Origin: Candidatus Krumholzibacteriota bacterium | GTDB lineage: Bacteria; Krumholzibacteriota; Krumholzibacteriia; JAJRXK01 | Length of the DNA: 64,000 nucleotides | Direction of reading: 5' to 3' | NCBI GenBank assembly: GCA_963764625.1 | Contig: CAVXTH010000009.1 | Span: forward strand, 448,001-512,000 | Shown here: positions 51,441 through 60,985 of the stretch, piece by piece | How positions within the stretch are numbered: the stretch's first letter is position 1 | Layout of the letters: each line of letters opens with the position of its first letter | Translations under genes and position numbers: made by a program | The notes under the pieces: generated by a model | Told to the model about the DNA's origin: nothing | Database searches by the model: none | Seen by the model: only the letters and a program-made list of their open reading frames with translations

Positions 51441-52151
51441 CTATCCCTTCCTCTTATAAAACTGTCTGATTTCGGCCTTAAGTTGACCAAGGCTGCGTGA
51501 GTCTGGCTCCGTCACAAGACTACCTAGCGCAGCACTGCCTTGTTTTCCCGAGGCATGGGCTTGAAGAGCAAGAGCTTCATCGTACCCAGTTTGCCTAAGG
51601 ACAACGCACGAAGCTGTGGATGAACACTCGAGGTATCGGATGAACCCCGCCTTGGCCAAGCCACAAATGGGAGAATTGCGGTATTCCTCCGACCAAGTTT
51701 CTTTCGGGAACACCTCAGGTGGATTCCGAACTAAAACCACGATTACCCTGACTCCAAGTGGTAGGCTTGGATCAGGCCTATTAGAGAATGCTGCCGGCTG
51801 AAAGACTGGTCCACTAGGCGTATCGAATACACCTCGATGCGTGAACAGTTTCACACTATCCCCACATGCTCCAGCCAGGACCTCTTCCACTGCAATGGTA
51901 GCTTCGAGATAGTAGTAGTCCGATGGAGGAAAGAAGAGGGCCTGTTTCGTCGAAACAATTGTACCGACTACCGCAGCTCGCATATCGATCAGAGGTGGGA
52001 ATTCTGGTTCTCCCCGGTGCCCATATCGATGGGCAGAAGGATTGATTACTACGGGCTTGCCTCTTGCCTTGGCGCAAGCTGGAATGAGCCAGCAGCTGGC
52101 TATAACCAACACCTCCGCCAGCAGTAGCCTCCAATATCCCTGCGAGATCAT
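51441..52151 (-). CDS. Secreted hypothetical protein
   Basis: GGAGG RBS, ATG at 52151, signal-like N-terminus, VVGTIVS..VEEVLAG; low GC. Confidence 0.55.
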   Translation of the reverse strand: MISQGYWRLLLAEVLVIASCWLIPACAKARGKPVVINPSAHRYGHRGEPEFPPLIDMRAAVVGTIVSTKQALFFPPSDYYYLEATIAVEEVLAGACGDSVKLFTHRGVFDTPSGPVFQPAAFSNRPDPSLPLGVRVIVVLVRNPPEVFPKETWSEEYRNSPICGLAKAGFIRYLECSSTASCVVLRQTGYDEALALQAHASGKQGSAALGSLVTEPDSRSLGQLKAEIRQFYKRKG

Positions 52152-52525
52152 GTTTTTCCTCCAAATTTCTAGGACGGCACCGAGTGCTGCATGGTTGGCG
52201 AATCTCAACTTCCTGTTACATTCGTGCCATATTTCATTGCTGCAACCATCGAAAGCGGCTTCAATACCCAAGCTTAACATGGATTCAGACCGTGTGTGGT
52301 TCCCTGGGATTCCAGGTAGAAAGCAAGAGACACTCGTCTTCGTTGTGGATTCGGGTGATTGAAGCACATTCGAATCTCACCGTATGGGCTTGAGCAATAA
52401 GATCTACAAGGGGATCCCACGTCCCACGCAGCGCCTGCCAAGACCCTCCCTACGGCTGCACCCAATCCTGCCAGAGATGGGCCAAGCAGTGATACTTGAG
52501 GTACTGAGCGACAAGTGTGTGCCGG

Positions 52526-52772
52526 ACGGATAGTGGATTGTATACGGCGCTTTAGCCGAAAAGCGAGCAACGACCTTCGAAACGGGTGCTCTTTGCGCTG
52601 TGTTCTCGGTGCGATGATCACCATGAGGATTGATCGTCGATCCGCGACTCACCCTACCGCAACTCTGTTCGCCCGACATGCGCCCACCTGAGCGGCTTCC
52701 ACCTATCCTTGGGCACACCGTACCCCCGACGCTCGTGCTGTTGCGCATTCGTCGGGAGGCTGAGGGTACTGG
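52526..52772 (-). mobile_element. ori-side stub, copy 7 (same 247-bp stub as copy 3)
   Basis: Same truncation point and same cargo junction as 34019-34265. Confidence 0.9.
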
Positions 52773-52990
52773 CTGACCAAGTCGGGCAGGCAGCGAAAGA
52801 TCGGCAAGATCGTCAGCGGTGGAGGTTGTGCTCTGGTGGTTCTTGCGGTGAGCGTGGCGGTGCTGGCTCTTCTGAGCTGGGTGAGTCTGTAGGGAACCGC
52901 GGCGGAGTTGAAGCGATTCGGATTTCGTCGCATAATGGAATGGTCGCGGCATATTGATTGATCTGTACATTTGCAAGGTTGGTAAAGCTC

Positions 52991-53565
52991 ATGAGATGTG
53001 GAATTGCCTGCGGGCTGTTACTCTCGTTGCTCCTTTTCCTCGCTCCGAGCACGAACGCACAGGATGTCCCGGGAAATGTCTTCTTGGGAGTGCCCTCAAT
53101 TCTCACTCACTACGTGCTCGTGTGTCTTCCTCCCGAGGGGGGCGTCTACGCGCTCGCCACTGAACCGCTGGAGCCGGTGAAGTCGGTGCGCTTCCAGGTC
53201 ACCTGGCCGGACGGAGTCGATCACGATCAGGGGAGCGTGATCTGGCCGGGCGCGGTCGATGTCTCCGAACCCGGTGACGACATCTGGGACATCGTGTTCG
53301 AGGAATGTCGCGACAAACCGGGCAGCACTCTGTACCTCGTGAACTACGGAGGGGTGGATTACCACGGTCAAAGGGGCTGGATGTGCCCGTATGGTGACGT
53401 GGTTCCCGACCGGTGTGGACGCTGTGTTCCGGGGAAACCATCGAAGCCTCGCTCTTCGACATGGGCCCTTCCTGGGTGGATGGCTGTTCTCCTTTTGGAA
53501 ACAACTACTGCGAGGTCATCCCCGCCCAGGCGCAGAGCTGGGGCACCCTGAAGTCCAGCTACTGA
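52991..53565 (+). pseudogene. Second copy of the SWGTLKSSY protein (1-bp deletion)
   Basis: GGTTCCCG versus GGTTCCCCG in copy 1. Confidence 0.7.
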
Positions 53566-53585
53566 GAATGAAGTGGAGAGGATCG

Positions 53586-53923
53586 ATGGATCGCAAGAAG
53601 GCCGTTCGAGACTATAAGGAGTCCGCGCGCCCGGCGGGAGTCTACCGCGTGCAGCACACGCCGAGCGGCCGCACTCTTTTGGGATCCAGTCCCGATGCGC
53701 CGGCGATGCTCAACCGCATTCGCTTTCAGTTGCAGACGAAGGGGCATCCCAATCGCAAGCTTCAGGCCGACTGGAATGCCGATGGCGCGGATGCCTTCAC
53801 CTTCGAAGTCTTGGATCTGCTGCCGCCCACCGAGAACGAAGTGAAGGACCCGGCCGCAGAGTTGGCCGCTCTCGAGGAATTGTGGCAAGACAAACTGCAG
53901 ATCCGGAAGAGCTGCGCTAATAA
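53586..53923 (+). CDS. Second GIY-YIG copy (no internal stop; 3' indel)
   Basis: MDRKKAVRDYKESARPAGVY... Confidence 0.7.
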
Positions 53924-54016
53924 GTCTCGCCATGAACATTGACTGGCACGAAGAGGCCAGCTTCAGATAGGAATTCATTTCTAAACGAACGGCCACGTAT
54001 TCCCACGAGGGCAAGC

Positions 54017-54612
54017 ATGTCTGAAAGTTCCGTTGCTCGTTGGCCCGAGGACTACCGCGTCTCTGTGGCTTCTTTTATCTGAACATCATCGTGGCCGGCA
54101 TCTTCGCCGAACTCTTCGTTCGCGCGAAGCTCGTCATTCCGACCGACGCCGGCGCGACAGCCCACAACATCCTGAGCCACGAATCGATGTTCCGGATTGG
54201 GTTTTCCGGCGAGATCCTGCATCTCTCCTTCGACGTCATGGTGGCAGTGATTCTGTACGCGTTGCTTCGCCCGTCGATCGCAGCATTGCCCTCCTCGCCG
54301 CGTTCATGCGCTTTGCCTGTGATCTCATCTTGGCCGTGGCGAGCATGAGCCATTCGCGGCATTGAAGCTCTTGCATGAGGCGCTGCTCTCGAGTCCTTTT
54401 CCTCTGGACAACTGCATTCGCTCGCACTGTGGGTGATGAATCTTCACGGCGACGCCTATGCCATCAGTCTCGTCTTCTTCGGCTTCGCATGTCTCGCCCT
54501 GGGGCACCTTCTCTTTTACTCAGACTTTCTCCCCAAGGCCCTCGGTGTTCTGCTCGCTCTCGCCGGAGTCTGCTACCTCTTCACGAGCTTCGCCCAGTTC
54601 CTGGATCCGGCC
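54017..54612 (+). pseudogene. Second DUF4386-like copy, frameshifted and cut by ori copy 8
   Basis: Matches 35511-36110 with several indels; ends GGATCCGGCC|ACGGATAG. Confidence 0.8.
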
Positions 54613-55892
54613 ACGGATAGTGGATTGTATACGGCGCTTTAGCCGAAAAGCGAGCAACGACCTTCGAAACGGGTGCTCTTTGCGCTGTGTTCTCGGTGCG
54701 ATGGTCACGATGAGTATTGATGGTCGGTCCCCGACTCACCCGACCGCAACTCTGTTCGCCCGACATGCGCCCACCTGAGCGGCTTCCACCTATCCTTGGG
54801 CACACCGTACCCCCGACGCTCGTGCTGTTGCGCATTCGTCGGGAGGCTGAGGGTACTGGTAGGGGTTCATGCTCTTGGCGGAGCTCGTTGCGCGGTTCCC
54901 TCGTGCGGGTCGTTGCCGCCGATCCGTGCCAGGTGTCTGAGAATCCGGTCCACCACGGCTGCTTCGTCGATCACCGACACGATCTTCATGGTTCCCCCGC
55001 ACTGCGGGCAGAGCATGGGGTCCACCTCGAAGATCCTGCGCAGCAGGCGTGCCCAGCTGCGGCTGCGCGCAGTGGAGGGTGCCCTGTCGATCGTCGCGTC
55101 CTGGGGGTTGGCTCTTGCCCCTCGGGCCCGGTGCGAGTACCAGCCGTAGTATCTGACCAAATGCTGGCGCGGTGCGGGGATCTGGGCGCACAGACGGCGG
55201 ATCATCTCCAGAACATCGAGTTCGAGATCACGTTGGCCGGTGCTGGGATGGATCGGTGTCCGAACCCGCACCTGCTTGGCGTCGAGCGGGGTGATCGCGT
55301 CGAGCCGGATCGGCGCGCGGGTGATGTACCGCGCGAGGTGCTCCTGGCGCTCGGTGTGATCGGGCAGCACCGGCTCGCCGGCATGGACCCCGAAGCCCGA
55401 GTGCTGCCATGACAGGAGCATGGCCTCGGTCTCCTCGCGCAGGCGCTTCGCGCGCCGGAGCTCTTTAAGCACCAGCCGTCGGAACAGCTCAGTCAGCGTC
55501 TTCTGATCCCACCACTCGACGCGCTCAAACCATGGATCGCCGCGGCGCGGTAGGTGGAACGCTCCCTCGGTGATCAGCGCGTGGACGTGCGGATGGAAGT
55601 TCGCGGCGTAGCTGCCGAAGGTCTGGATCGACGCGATTGCGCCCACCTGCGCCCGGGGGTCATCGACCGCCTCGCACAGCAGGCGCTGGGTCGCCTGGTG
55701 CGCGCAGCGCGGAAGGATCGACAACAGTCGGCGCTCCCGCTCGAACAATCCACGGATCACCTTGGGTACCGTGAACACCACGTGGCGGTGGGCAACCGGG
55801 CTGAGCACCTCCTCGACCAGATGTTCAGCAAAAAGAGCAGCGCGCTTGGCCTGGCAGCTCGGACAGAAGTTGCGGGTCTGGCAGCTGAACGC
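54613..55892 (-). mobile_element. ori-side partial element, copy 8 (transposase lacks N-terminus)
   Basis: Homology to the full copy ends within the AFSC codons. Confidence 0.92.
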
Positions 55893-56041
55893 TGGCCGAC
55901 GGGACCTTCGAGGCGGGGCACTACGTCCGCAGCTGGGATGGACGCGACAAGAGCGGAAGGGTCGTGCCCTCGGGCGTGTACCTCGCGCGCTTGAAAGCAG
56001 GCGACCGGGTGGAGACGCAGAAGATGGCTTTGCTCAAGTAG
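55893..56041 (+). pseudogene. FlgD-Ig C-terminal fragment
   Basis: LADGTFEAGHYVRSWDGRDKSGRVVPSGVYLARL...KMALLK*. Confidence 0.75.
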
Positions 56042-56096
56042 TGAAAATGCGGCTTTAATCAGGCTGATGGCGGACTGACTGGTCCAGTCTCGCCAG

Positions 56097-56124
56097 GGCC
56101 CCGGGCGGAAGTCCGGGGCCTTTT
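56097..56124 (+). terminator. Rho-independent terminator
   Basis: GGCCCCGGGC-GGAA-GTCCGGGGCC followed by TTTT. Confidence 0.7.
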
Positions 56125-56268
56125 CTCGCGATTGCGAACCCAACAGAATTGAAAGCGACTTTCAGTTGCGAGGAAGATCGAAGTGCCGGCGGGCGAGGGT
56201 GGAGGTGTATACTGCATCCAGATTCCATCTGGGCTCCCTGTCATGAGTGAACACAGGAGGGTCCCGGT

Positions 56269-59049
56269 ATGTCCACTGCCTGGCGTGTCGGGAGCTGGTG
56301 TCATCGGCTCCGGCCGCTTCTACTCTACCTCCTCATTCCCCTTCTCATCCTCGGACCTCACGCCTCGAGTTCGCACGCGGCGAGTCCGGATTCCCTGGCC
56401 ACGCAGCCGGACACGGCAAACAGCAGCCACCTCCTGCGTGCCCGACTCGACAATGGGCTCCGGGTGGTAATCGTTCCAAAGCCGCAGGAAGTGCTCGTCC
56501 GAGCTCTCCTCCTCTACGATGCCGGTGCCTGTCGCGAGCCGGAGGGCAAGGGGGGACTCGCCCACCTCGTCGAGCACCTCATGTTCGCGAGCAGTGCCCC
56601 AAGACCCGACGAAAGCTTGCGTCAGCGACTGAGACTGCACGCGATCGACGATCGTGGCTGGACCAGCTCCTTTGCCATGGGCTACCAATGGGATTGTCTA
56701 CCAGAAGAGCTTCCCGTTTTGCTCGAGATCGAAGCCGAGCGGATGGCCGGTCTCGCGTTGAGTGAAGCGACCTTCGAACGGGAACGAAACGTCGTGTTGC
56801 GGGAGAAAGATTTCCGTGGCGAGAGAGACGCCTGGGAGGAATTGATCTCGAACTGCTACCGCGCCGCCTACAAGGGGCATCCGCTCGGACGCGATGTCTC
56901 CGGAACCGTCGAGTCCGTCTCGCAGCTCAGTCTGCAGGACGTGCGCGAGTTCCACGAGGAATACCTCCGGCCCGGTCGCGCGATCCTGGTGATCGAAGGG
57001 CCGGCGTCGCCCCAGATCGTCGTACGGCAAGTCCGCAAGAGCTTCGAGCCAGTACAGAAGCCCGGCTCGGGAACCGAGGCCACACTGCCTTCGCTTCCAA
57101 AGCTCGCGCACCACAGTGTGATCAGTGATCGACCCGATTTTCAGGGCTTCCAGGTTGCTTACGGATTGCGGACTCCAACCCGAACCCCGCACGACCTGGT
57201 CATGAACGCCATCCTGTGCGAATTGTTGGACTCCTGGGTGGGTGCGCTCAGTTCCTACTCCATGGGCAAAGAGAGGCTGCTCGTGGTCCATCGCTGGTAT
57301 TCTCGGTACTTCGCGGGCCCGGAGTTTGTCACCATGGAGGTCAACGCGGACTACGATGCCCAGGAGGCTCTGTCCTGGCTCTGGAACGACATCGTGAGGA
57401 GTGGCCGTCATCTGCGAAACAGGATCAGGTTTCCTGCCATCATCGAAGGGGCACGCCGACGACTTTCTCAGCACGGTTTGCGCTCCGGTTCGGATCTCAC
57501 GGATCTCGCCATGAACGAGCTGGCGGTCGGTCCCACCGCGTCGTTGAGCGTTTTGGACTCGATTCTATCGAAAGTCGACGAGGAAGATTGCCTGGAGTAC
57601 TTCCATCGCGCGATCAACAACGAGTGCAGCGTCAACACAGTCGTCCATGGCAAGGGATCCAAACGCAAGCTCGAGCTCAATACGGTGGGAATGGCCAGCG
57701 CGACCGCGCAGGACAGTACTGGCTACAAGCCGGCACCGAGTCCCGATCCGGAACGGCTCGAGGAACTCCTGCAACTCTACGAGCGCTGCGGTCTACCCAG
57801 GATGGAACGAGTCTCTCTGCCCGATCAGGGCAGCTTGTACTTGTGGGAGCAACCCGAGAGCCAGGAAATGCGTGTGGCGGGTCTGCGGTGTTTCCGCGGC
57901 CTTCGAGACCTCGAAGCCTCGGGTAAGCCGGGAATGAACGCGCTCTACAACGTCACGGCGTCCTATGCATCCAGGCGGGATGACCCGGATGAGGAACCGG
58001 AAATCTATCACCTTCCCTACGGAACCAGATTCCTTGCTGATGCCTTCGAGTACAACTTCTCGGCCCATGGCCGAAGCGAGGACCTGGACGGGATACTCTC
58101 CACTTTGTCAGAGCGGTTGAACAAGAAGGGGCTCGATGCCGCTGCGTGGGGAAGAACCTTGAGGCATGTCGATCTCTGGTTCGCGAAAGACTATGTGGAT
58201 GCGCAATTGCTCGCTCAACGGTATCGGCGCTCACTCGTCTTCGGTCCAGAGCATCCTTCTCGCTATTCCGAGATTTGCCCCCCCGAGACCTATGACAAGA
58301 TCAAATACAAAGACATCAGCAAATTCCACCAGAACCTCGCATCCCGGGATGGACTCCTGTGGTTCGCGAGCGGAAGAGTTGATTCGGCCCGGCTGGTTCG
58401 CGCTCTGCCGAAGCTGATCAAACGGGACAAGAAGCCGAAACTGATGGAAACCATCCCGGGCGCTCCTCCGCTGAAGCGGATCAGCGGTCGCATCTTTCCC
58501 GCATTCGAGTGCTCGGACGCAAGAGTCGTGCTGTCGTTGCCTGCGATCGACGTGTCCGCGGTGCCGAATGCCTGGGCCCACTGGGAGATTCTGCGGGCCA
58601 TGTTGCACCAGCAGCTCTTCCAAGAACTCCGCGAAAGGGAGAGCCTCGTCTACGTAGTCCAAGCGGACGAGGATCTCCAGGGAGACCGGTTCTCTCTCAC
58701 GATCAGCGCCAGCACGTCTCCCGAACGAGCGGAACGGGTATTCTCGATCCTGTGCGAGTTTCTGAAGAGAGTTCGATCACGCGCGGTCGAGGAGTCTCCC
58801 TTCCTGCTCGCCAAACTCGATGCAATCCACCATCTGCTGCGAGCAGAGGAAGATCCTGCTCTCGCTCTCGCCCGAATGGAGTGGATGGCGCGGTTCGGTC
58901 CCATACCAGAGAATCCCACTGAGGAACTCATCGATCTGGACCTGGCCTCCTTTCAGAGCTTCCTAAAACAGACCGTAAACCCGGACGCCTTCGTCTTCAC
59001 CGTCGTGGGCCCGATCCTGGAGGATGAGATCGAGAGTTTTACCTTCTGA
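56269..59049 (+). CDS. M16 (insulinase/pitrilysin) zinc peptidase
   Basis: LDNGL, GLAHLVEHLMF (HxxEH), ERNVVLRE, LRERESLVY. Confidence 0.85.
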   Translation: MSTAWRVGSWCHRLRPLLLYLLIPLLILGPHASSSHAASPDSLATQPDTANSSHLLRARLDNGLRVVIVPKPQEVLVRALLLYDAGACREPEGKGGLAHLVEHLMFASSAPRPDESLRQRLRLHAIDDRGWTSSFAMGYQWDCLPEELPVLLEIEAERMAGLALSEATFERERNVVLREKDFRGERDAWEELISNCYRAAYKGHPLGRDVSGTVESVSQLSLQDVREFHEEYLRPGRAILVIEGPASPQIVVRQVRKSFEPVQKPGSGTEATLPSLPKLAHHSVISDRPDFQGFQVAYGLRTPTRTPHDLVMNAILCELLDSWVGALSSYSMGKERLLVVHRWYSRYFAGPEFVTMEVNADYDAQEALSWLWNDIVRSGRHLRNRIRFPAIIEGARRRLSQHGLRSGSDLTDLAMNELAVGPTASLSVLDSILSKVDEEDCLEYFHRAINNECSVNTVVHGKGSKRKLELNTVGMASATAQDSTGYKPAPSPDPERLEELLQLYERCGLPRMERVSLPDQGSLYLWEQPESQEMRVAGLRCFRGLRDLEASGKPGMNALYNVTASYASRRDDPDEEPEIYHLPYGTRFLADAFEYNFSAHGRSEDLDGILSTLSERLNKKGLDAAAWGRTLRHVDLWFAKDYVDAQLLAQRYRRSLVFGPEHPSRYSEICPPETYDKIKYKDISKFHQNLASRDGLLWFASGRVDSARLVRALPKLIKRDKKPKLMETIPGAPPLKRISGRIFPAFECSDARVVLSLPAIDVSAVPNAWAHWEILRAMLHQQLFQELRERESLVYVVQADEDLQGDRFSLTISASTSPERAERVFSILCEFLKRVRSRAVEESPFLLAKLDAIHHLLRAEEDPALALARMEWMARFGPIPENPTEELIDLDLASFQSFLKQTVNPDAFVFTVVGPILEDEIESFTF

Positions 59050-59103
59050 CTACCGCCTAGTCGCGGCGAACGTCATGGCTCTTCGATCAGGTCGAAACAA
59101 ACA

Positions 59104-59129
59104 AGCGCCCGGTGTCACCACCGGGCGCT
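59104..59129. terminator. Hairpin between convergent genes
   Basis: AGCGCCCGGTG-TCAC-CACCGGGCGCT. Confidence 0.7.
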
Positions 59130-59156
59130 GTTGTCAGGTAGAGTATAGGACGGAGC

Positions 59157-59415
59157 TCAGCTCTTCTCCTTCATCTTCTCTTCCTTCTTCATCATCTTAG
59201 CCATCTCGGCCTTGTTCTTCTCGGCCCAGGCATGAAGCTCGGCGACGACCTTCGGATTGTCGGAGGTAATGACCGCGATATCGCCGTTCTTGGTTTGAAC
59301 GTCTTCGTAGTGGGCGCCCTTCATCATACAGTTGGTGAGCGCGGTACAGCTTCCGCACAGGGTCACGGCTTCACCGGCCTGAATCTTCTTTTGGCAAGCC
59401 GCCATATCCATATGG
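59157..59415 (-). pseudogene. 3' fragment of a Cys/Met-rich protein, cut by ori copy 9
   Basis: Frame runs to the ori junction; LCGSC motif. Confidence 0.55.
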
Positions 59416-60117
59416 TCGGATAGTGGATTGTATACGGCGCTTTGGACGCCGAGCGAGCAACGACCTTCGAAACGGGTGCTCTTTGCGCTGTGTTCTCGGT
59501 GCGATGATCACCATGAGGATTGATCGTCGATCCGCGACTCACCCTACCGCAACTCTGTTCGCCCGACATGCGCCCACCTGAGCGGCTTCCACCTATCCTC
59601 GTGCGGGTCGTTGCCGCCGATCCGTGCCAGGTGTCTGAGAATCCGGTCCACCACCGCTGCTTCGTCGATCACCGACACGATCTTCATGGTTCCCCCGCAC
59701 TGCGGGCAGAGCATGGGGTCCACCTCGAAGATCCTGCGCAGCAGGCGTGCCCAGCTGCGGCTGCGCGCAGTGGAGGGTGCCCTGTCGATCATCGCGTCCT
59801 GGGGGTTGGCTCTTGCCCCTCGGGCCCGGTGCGAGTACCAGCCGTAGTATCTGACCAAATGCTGGCGCGGTGCGGGGATCTGGGCGCACAGACGGCGGAT
59901 CCTGCATGGATAGGGGAGGCCAGAGAGCATGGCAACACAACCCTTGTCGAGGTGGCACGGGCTCTTCAGGTGCATGTGATTTCGCGTAGACTTGGGCCGG
60001 CGATCAAGTTTGTTGAACTCGCGCCGTTACTCGTCCGTCGGAAGCCTGGGCGGCATCGTATAGTCGCGCCGTCGCCCCCTTGAAAAACTTCATCGAAGCC
60101 CATTGCACACTCATCTG
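59416..60117 (-). mobile_element. Non-autonomous two-ended mini element (702 bp), copy 9
   Basis: Both ends of the full element retained; 105-bp and 983-bp internal deletions. Confidence 0.92.
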
Positions 60118-60271
60118 TTTGTACTATATTGCATCTACGCACCGCCACCTTTTCTTTGTCTGATCGTGCGGCGTTGCCAATGGGTGAATGGGAATGTGAT
60201 CCTTGAACTGCACATGCTGCGTGGGTTAAGCTCGATTTCGTTCCCCATCTCCCTCATTTCCGAGGACATTC

Positions 60272-60956
60272 ATGAACCGACTCAAGCCCGTATTGCGTGC
60301 CGTTGCATGTTTGGCCGCCCTTGCAGCATTCGGATCCTGCTCGGACAGCAAGAGCCCCACTGCCGGAAGCGGTACCTGCGGTGACGAAAGCGTACACTGC
60401 GTTTACGCGATCATTCATACCGCCGACTGGAGCACTGGTGTGGACTACCTCGGATCTAGACTGGACCAGACCGACTACTACGGTACCACCGATCTGCCGC
60501 TCGCGAACATCGAGGGCGTGTCTCCGGGAGACCAGATCTACGTCGGAATCACTCTGTCGCCCGCCCTGGTCGTCAGCAGCAACATACCTCCTGAGGTAGT
60601 CTTGCAGGTGGCCGGGGCACTCCTGGGTGGAAGCACGGATCTCGTGGTACAGACTGAACCGTCTATCTCGATGCGGGGTGACTGGCAGACCATACAGTAT
60701 CCGAGGGTCAATCTTCGCGGCAAGAGCGACGACAGGCAACTGTGACAGCATGAACGCAGAGTGGAGAGCGACGGGGTTGTCGGCGGGTGACGAGCTGCGC
60801 GGCTTTTCCCTCAGCTTCACGGTTCCCGAAACCTGGTCGAACGGTACGTCGATACGGGCAAGCCAGACCATTCCGGTCGAACGAATCGACTGGATCGCGT
60901 CACTCTCGGGTGATACCAGCGGGGAGGTCCCTCCCATCCAGTTGAAGGAGCGATGA
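60272..60956 (+). CDS. Hypothetical lipoprotein (apparent frameshift near 60740)
   Basis: GAGGA RBS, lipobox FGSC; reading continues in the 60627-60956 frame. Confidence 0.55.
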
Positions 60957-60985
60957 TCAAAGAGGCGGTTGCCTGGCTCCATGAC

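Larger units (their letters stand above)
52526..54612 (+). repeat. Direct duplicate of 34019-36110 (ori plus cargo)
   Basis: Collinear near-identity starting exactly at the ori and ending exactly at the next ori. Confidence 0.93.

Noticed and set aside
51141-51500. 119-aa ORF next to the ter end
   Set aside because: No motif, overlaps the convergent gene, and may be a fragment, so a call cannot be supported.
52526-54612. Diversity-generating retroelement template/variable pair
   Set aside because: No reverse transcriptase is present, the differences include indels and non-adenine changes, and the duplication is bounded by ori ends.
28093-60083. Recurrent MIVDPRLTLPQLC... and MVIIAPRTQRKE... 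ORFs as a gene family
   Set aside because: They are translations of the repeated ori region running into variable flanks, not independent genes.
27989-60117. CRISPR array or classical integron explanation for the recurring repeat
   Set aside because: The repeats are 40-1790 bp pieces of an HUH transposase element separated by kb-scale DNA. No cas genes, tyrosine integrase or attC sites were seen.
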